IMG/VR virus record: IMGVR_UViG_2917393062_000004
Origin: a virus
Lineage: Duplodnaviria; Heunggongvirae; Uroviricota; Caudoviricetes
Direction: 5' to 3' (one strand)
Length of the DNA stretch: 41,075 bases
Shown in pieces: positions 37,958 through 41,075 of the stretch (position 1 is its first letter; every line of letters starts with the position of its first letter). The notes beneath the pieces are model-generated. The model saw only the letters and a list, made by a program, of their open reading frames with translations, was not told the origin of the DNA and made no database searches. The position numbers and the translations under genes were made by a program.

Positions 37958-38401
37958 ATGAACTCAGTATTCTTTTCACCCGGAAGTAAAAGTTTTTATC
38001 TACAAGAATTGTTTCCAGAATATGAGGATGCGGGAACGCTTCCAGATGATGTTATTGAAATTACCCGAGAAACATATGAGCAATTTCTTGGGCTGCATCC
38101 AGAAGGGAAAGAAATTGGCGCTGACAGTTCAGGACGGCCAATATGGATTAATTCCCCACCGCCTTCAAAAGAGGATGAGGTGTTGATGGCTGAAATGAAA
38201 AAAATATCTTTGGTTTCAGAAGCCAATACCTACATCAACACCCATCAGTGGCCTGGCAAAGCTGCTATTGGTCGTCTGAAAGGTAACGAGCTGGAGCAAT
38301 ATAATTTATGGCTGGATTATCTAGACGCACTGGAACTGGTTGATCCCTCCAGTGCTCCAGATATTGAATGGCCTACGCCTCCGGCAGTTCAGGCCAGATG
38401 A
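37958..38401 (+). CDS. Tail fibre assembly protein (Tfa, U-like)
   Basis: 147-aa ORF after the fibre gene; convergent 3' overlap with alternative Tfa. Confidence 0.75.
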   Translation: MNSVFFSPGSKSFYLQELFPEYEDAGTLPDDVIEITRETYEQFLGLHPEGKEIGADSSGRPIWINSPPPSKEDEVLMAEMKKISLVSEANTYINTHQWPGKAAIGRLKGNELEQYNLWLDYLDALELVDPSSAPDIEWPTPPAVQAR

Positions 38402-38975
38402 CATTCGGCGCGGTGCTGGTATCTGTTGCCGTCACCGCGTCAATGTAATCCAGCACAGCGTTAAGCCGGGTTGTTTCTGCCTGCGTCAGTTTCCGTCCGG
38501 CCTGTAATTTCAGCTGAATCAGACTAATGGAAGCCATTGCAGCATCAATCAGTGACTGGCGCTGTGCTTCTGCCGCGTCTACTGCGGCGCTATGCTGTGC
38601 CTCAGTATCGGTCACCCATTTCTCACCATCCCATTTATCGTATGGCGTTAATGGGGCGATAGTGGTTGTATTTTCAGGGTAATCACCCGGAGCTGTGATT
38701 TCTTTTGATTCTCCTGTTTCAGTGCTATAGACCGTTTCACCGCGATGGTCTGGCACATATTCCCATGAGTTAAAATCTGCAGAACGGCAAATTGCATAAC
38801 CAGCTTTATATGAGCCAGGAGCATCTAAACAGGAACTTGCCGGGATACCGACGCCGACAGCGATATATTCATTTGATGTGGAAATATATTCCCGTGTTTC
38901 GCCATCATAGTTATAGACGGTAATATTCCCCGCCTTCGTGGCAATAAGCTCGATATTTAATACGGCTTTATTCAT
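38373..38975 (-). CDS. Alternative tail fibre assembly protein (U'-like)
   Basis: 200-aa ORF inside the invertible segment; C-terminal region similar to the plus-strand Tfa (TAPNVIWPELPEA vs SAPDIEWPTPPAV). Confidence 0.7.
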   Translation of the reverse strand: MNKAVLNIELIATKAGNITVYNYDGETREYISTSNEYIAVGVGIPASSCLDAPGSYKAGYAICRSADFNSWEYVPDHRGETVYSTETGESKEITAPGDYPENTTTIAPLTPYDKWDGEKWVTDTEAQHSAAVDAAEAQRQSLIDAAMASISLIQLKLQAGRKLTQAETTRLNAVLDYIDAVTATDTSTAPNVIWPELPEA

Positions 38976-39421
38976 CAGGCTGCCCTCACGATATAGTTAA
39001 ATGCAATATTCCGTGGGCGAGTATCGGCAGGAACGACATACATTTCACCAATTGCCCGCTCATTAGAGTTGTTCAGCAATAGGCTTGAGCCATTACTGTC
39101 ATGACCCGTAATTAAGATATCATTGGACAAAATAAGTGAGCCTGTACCTGCAGGAATACCATAAATTCCCATATCAAATTTAATATAACCAACACGCGCG
39201 CTCTGTGCAGACATAACGCTGCGACCAGTATCTACTGAACGACCGTCATCCCAGCCACGAATAAACTCACCGCGTAAATCAGGCAATTTATTTGTCGGGT
39301 AAGCCTTTGCCAGTTCTGGGTATTCTTCAGCGGAAAAAGCCGCACCATTGCATTTCAGCCAGCCTGTTGGCGGAGTGGCTGAAGGCCACGGAACAGGGAC
39401 ACCAACAGGTAATGCAGAGCC
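38975..39421 (-). CDS. Alternative tail fibre variable C-terminal domain (S'v-like), expressed only after inversion
   Basis: Tail-collar-like motif (LPVGVPVPWPSATPPTGWLKCNGAAF); no independent N-terminus; reads through the right crossover site; shares GLGE junction with the constant part. Confidence 0.65.
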   Translation of the reverse strand, partial: GSALPVGVPVPWPSATPPTGWLKCNGAAFSAEEYPELAKAYPTNKLPDLRGEFIRGWDDGRSVDTGRSVMSAQSARVGYIKFDMGIYGIPAGTGSLILSNDILITGHDSNGSSLLLNNSNERAIGEMYVVPADTRPRNIAFNYIVRAA

Positions 39422-39447
39422 TTCTCCCAAACCAACGTTTATGAAAA
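39422..39447. repeat. Right crossover site of invertible segment
   Basis: ttctcccaaaccaacgtttatgaaaa; resembles recalled hixL (TTCTTGAAAACCAAGGTTTTTGATAA); inverted copy of the left site. Confidence 0.7.
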
Positions 39448-39501
39448 TGCAGAAATAACGAGCAAATGGCATCATTCCTGCTTTTGTCAGGGAGATCCAC
39501 C

Positions 39502-40056
39502 ATGCTTATTGGCTATGTACGCGTATCAACAAATGACCAGAACACCGATCTACAACGTAATGCGTTGAACTGTGTAGGATGTGAACTGATTTTTGAAGAC
39601 AAGATAAGCGGTACGAAGTCCGAAAGGCCCGGACTGAAAAAACTGCTCAGGACATTATCGGCAGGTGACACTCTGGTTGTCTGGAAGCTGGACAGGTTGG
39701 GGCGCAGTATGCGGCATCTTGTTACGCTGATAGAAGAGTTGCGCCAGCGTGGCGTGAATTTCCGAAGCCTGACTGACAGTATTGATACCAGTACCCCAAT
39801 GGGCCGTTTCTTTTTTCATGTCATGGGAGCCCTGGCTGAAATGGAACGAGAACTGATTGTTGAACGAACAAAAGCTGGACTGGAAGCTGCTCGCGCACAG
39901 GGACGAATTGGTGGACGTCGTCCCAAACTTACACCAGAACAATGGGCGCAGGCCGGGCGATTAATTGCATCAGGCGTTCCTCGCCAGAAGGTGGCGATCA
40001 TCTATGATGTTGGTGTATCGACACTGTATAAGATGTTTCCGGTCGGAGATAAATGA
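39502..40056 (+). CDS. Serine DNA invertase (Pin/Gin/Hin/Cin family)
   Basis: N-terminal MLIGYVRVSTNDQNTDLQ with catalytic Ser; resolvase domain and C-terminal HTH; next to inverted crossover sites. Confidence 0.92.
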   Translation: MLIGYVRVSTNDQNTDLQRNALNCVGCELIFEDKISGTKSERPGLKKLLRTLSAGDTLVVWKLDRLGRSMRHLVTLIEELRQRGVNFRSLTDSIDTSTPMGRFFFHVMGALAEMERELIVERTKAGLEAARAQGRIGGRRPKLTPEQWAQAGRLIASGVPRQKVAIIYDVGVSTLYKMFPVGDK

Positions 40057-40395
40057 AACCGCAGGCTCGTCGTATGCAAGAACGTGCTGCGGCTGGCTGG
40101 TGAACTTCCGATAGTGCGAGTATTGAATGATTTACAGCCGTTATTGATTTTACATATTTTTTGTATGAAAGGATTAGCGCTTCCTCCCACCGATCCTCCA
40201 TGACTTTACGCCACTGTCTCTAGGACTGCTATGTGCCAGTAGCAGACTAGTGATCGCTAGGCTTGAATTCATTCGTATTAGCGCCAAGTGGATAATAAAT
40301 GGTGAAATCCATTAGTCATTACTTTATCATAAGCTCGTTATATAAAGATTTTAGTATTCGTAATTCTTTTCTTTGTTTAAGATGATGAAAATTAT

Positions 40396-40420
40396 ATGAT
40401 ATGATATGATATGATATGAT
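40396..40420. repeat. Pentanucleotide tandem repeat (ATGAT)x5 in the upstream region of the terminal cargo gene
   Basis: Five perfect tandem units about 28 nt before the ATG at 40449; units contain -10-like TATGAT hexamers. Confidence 0.85.
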
Positions 40421-40448
40421 GTGAAGAAGTATAGAGGGATTAATCATC

Positions 40449-41075
40449 ATGAAAAAAATAATATATACTTTTTCTTTGGCTGTGGCTTTATTATTGGCGT
40501 TAAGATGTATCGCCTATATTGATTTTTCTGAAAAAGACATGATCAAGTCAATCATTCCTGCTTGGATTCAAGCCATTGGTAGCATTTTAGCAATTATTAT
40601 TGCCGGTATGATCTCGGCCAATCAAATTAAACATGAGAAACAGCTTGAAAAGAGAAAGGTAGCAGAGTCAGATTTGTCTAAAATGCATATAGTAAGAGCG
40701 CTGATAATACGTTCGTTAACTTTAATGAATGAGGTTCGTCAGGCAATTGAGCGTGGCGAAGAAAGCGACTTTCAGCAAGTGTCTCCTTGGACTATGCGTA
40801 ATACAAAACGTGCAATTGATAATTTAAATTTATTTGAAATACCAGAGGGGATGTTAGCTCTAGATCTGTTGGCTATAGGTCCATCTCTCGAGGAAATAGC
40901 AACCTTATGGGAGCGGTGTATGGAGGAGTCACTACATACTGAAAATAACAAGCCAACTATTGATTCTTACAATGAGCTTGATCAAGGCTCTCAAGAGGTT
41001 TTGAAAATATGTGAAGCCGCTTTTAAATTGGCTACACAAGAGGTTAATCGGCTTGCAGCTATCGTTAAAGAGTAA
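40449..41075 (+). CDS. AT-rich cargo gene: membrane protein with two N-terminal TM helices and helical cytoplasmic domain (208 aa)
   Basis: AGAGGGA RBS; TM segments FSLAVALLLALRCIAYI and AIGSILAIIIAGMISA; low GC; stop at last base of window. Confidence 0.65.
   Translation: MKKIIYTFSLAVALLLALRCIAYIDFSEKDMIKSIIPAWIQAIGSILAIIIAGMISANQIKHEKQLEKRKVAESDLSKMHIVRALIIRSLTLMNEVRQAIERGEESDFQQVSPWTMRNTKRAIDNLNLFEIPEGMLALDLLAIGPSLEEIATLWERCMEESLHTENNKPTIDSYNELDQGSQEVLKICEAAFKLATQEVNRLAAIVKE

Larger units (their letters stand above)
37490..39447. other. Invertible tail-fibre host-range segment (Mu G-segment-like, about 1.96 kb)
   Basis: Bounded by inverted 26-bp sites; contains Sv plus Tfa on plus strand and an alternative start-less fibre C-terminus plus Tfa on minus strand; serine invertase gene immediately outside. 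Confidence 0.8.
1445..41075. mobile_element. Mosaic temperate prophage integrated at thrW (lambdoid regulation/lysis, HK97-like head, Mu-like contractile tail); right end not in window
   Basis: Contiguous int, xis, repressor/cro, replication, Q, lysis, terminase, portal, capsid, sheath, tube, tape measure, baseplate, tail fibre and invertase genes; no copy of the tRNA 3' end seen before the window end. Confidence 0.9.

Noticed and set aside
40200-40280. Cluster of common restriction sites (XbaI-like, SpeI, EcoRI) suggesting an engineered cassette
   Set aside because: Short AT-rich intergenic DNA frequently contains such hexamers by chance; no vector-like features such as resistance genes or origins are present.
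40396-40420. Possible CRISPR or minisatellite
   Set aside because: A 5-bp unit repeated five times with no spacers; it is a simple sequence repeat, reported as a possible phase-variation element.
40057-40448. attR or a second copy of the thrW 3' end after the invertase; minus-strand ORFs 39998-40201
   Set aside because: No match to the tRNA 3' segment found by eye; the ORFs overlap the invertase 3' end without RBS. The prophage end is presumed outside the window.

Overview
The window holds chromosomal proA (1-1254) and tRNA-Thr thrW (1369-1444), followed by about 39.6 kb of a mosaic temperate prophage integrated at the tRNA 3' end, with the integrase abutting the tRNA; attR was not found, so the element probably runs past the window end. 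Read left to right, the prophage has: int/xis and a CPS-53-like yfdT-yfdS-yfdR-yfdQ-yfdP block on the minus strand; a lambdoid immunity region (CI repressor, Cro, operators); replication and nin-like genes (O-like initiator with iterons, Dam methylase, RusA, KilA-N, DUF968); a Q antiterminator; lambda-like lysis genes S-R-Rz/Rz1; small morons; an HK97-type head module; and a Mu-type contractile tail ending in an invertible tail-fibre segment with a Pin/Gin-family invertase. The best candidate for an undescribed system is a low-GC two-gene operon on the minus strand (13534-15736) inserted between Q and the late promoter/holin: a YejK/NdpA-like nucleoid-associated protein translationally coupled to a 395-aa protein with C-terminal transmembrane helices. 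Other cargo candidates are an AT-rich exported protein inside the tail module (31612-32142), a membrane protein after the invertase preceded by an (ATGAT)5 repeat (40396-41075), and a structured GC-rich non-coding block near the immunity region (5424-5860). All calls rest on reading the sequence and on recalled family signatures; no database search was run, and coordinates of features not in the ORF track may be off by 1-2 nt.
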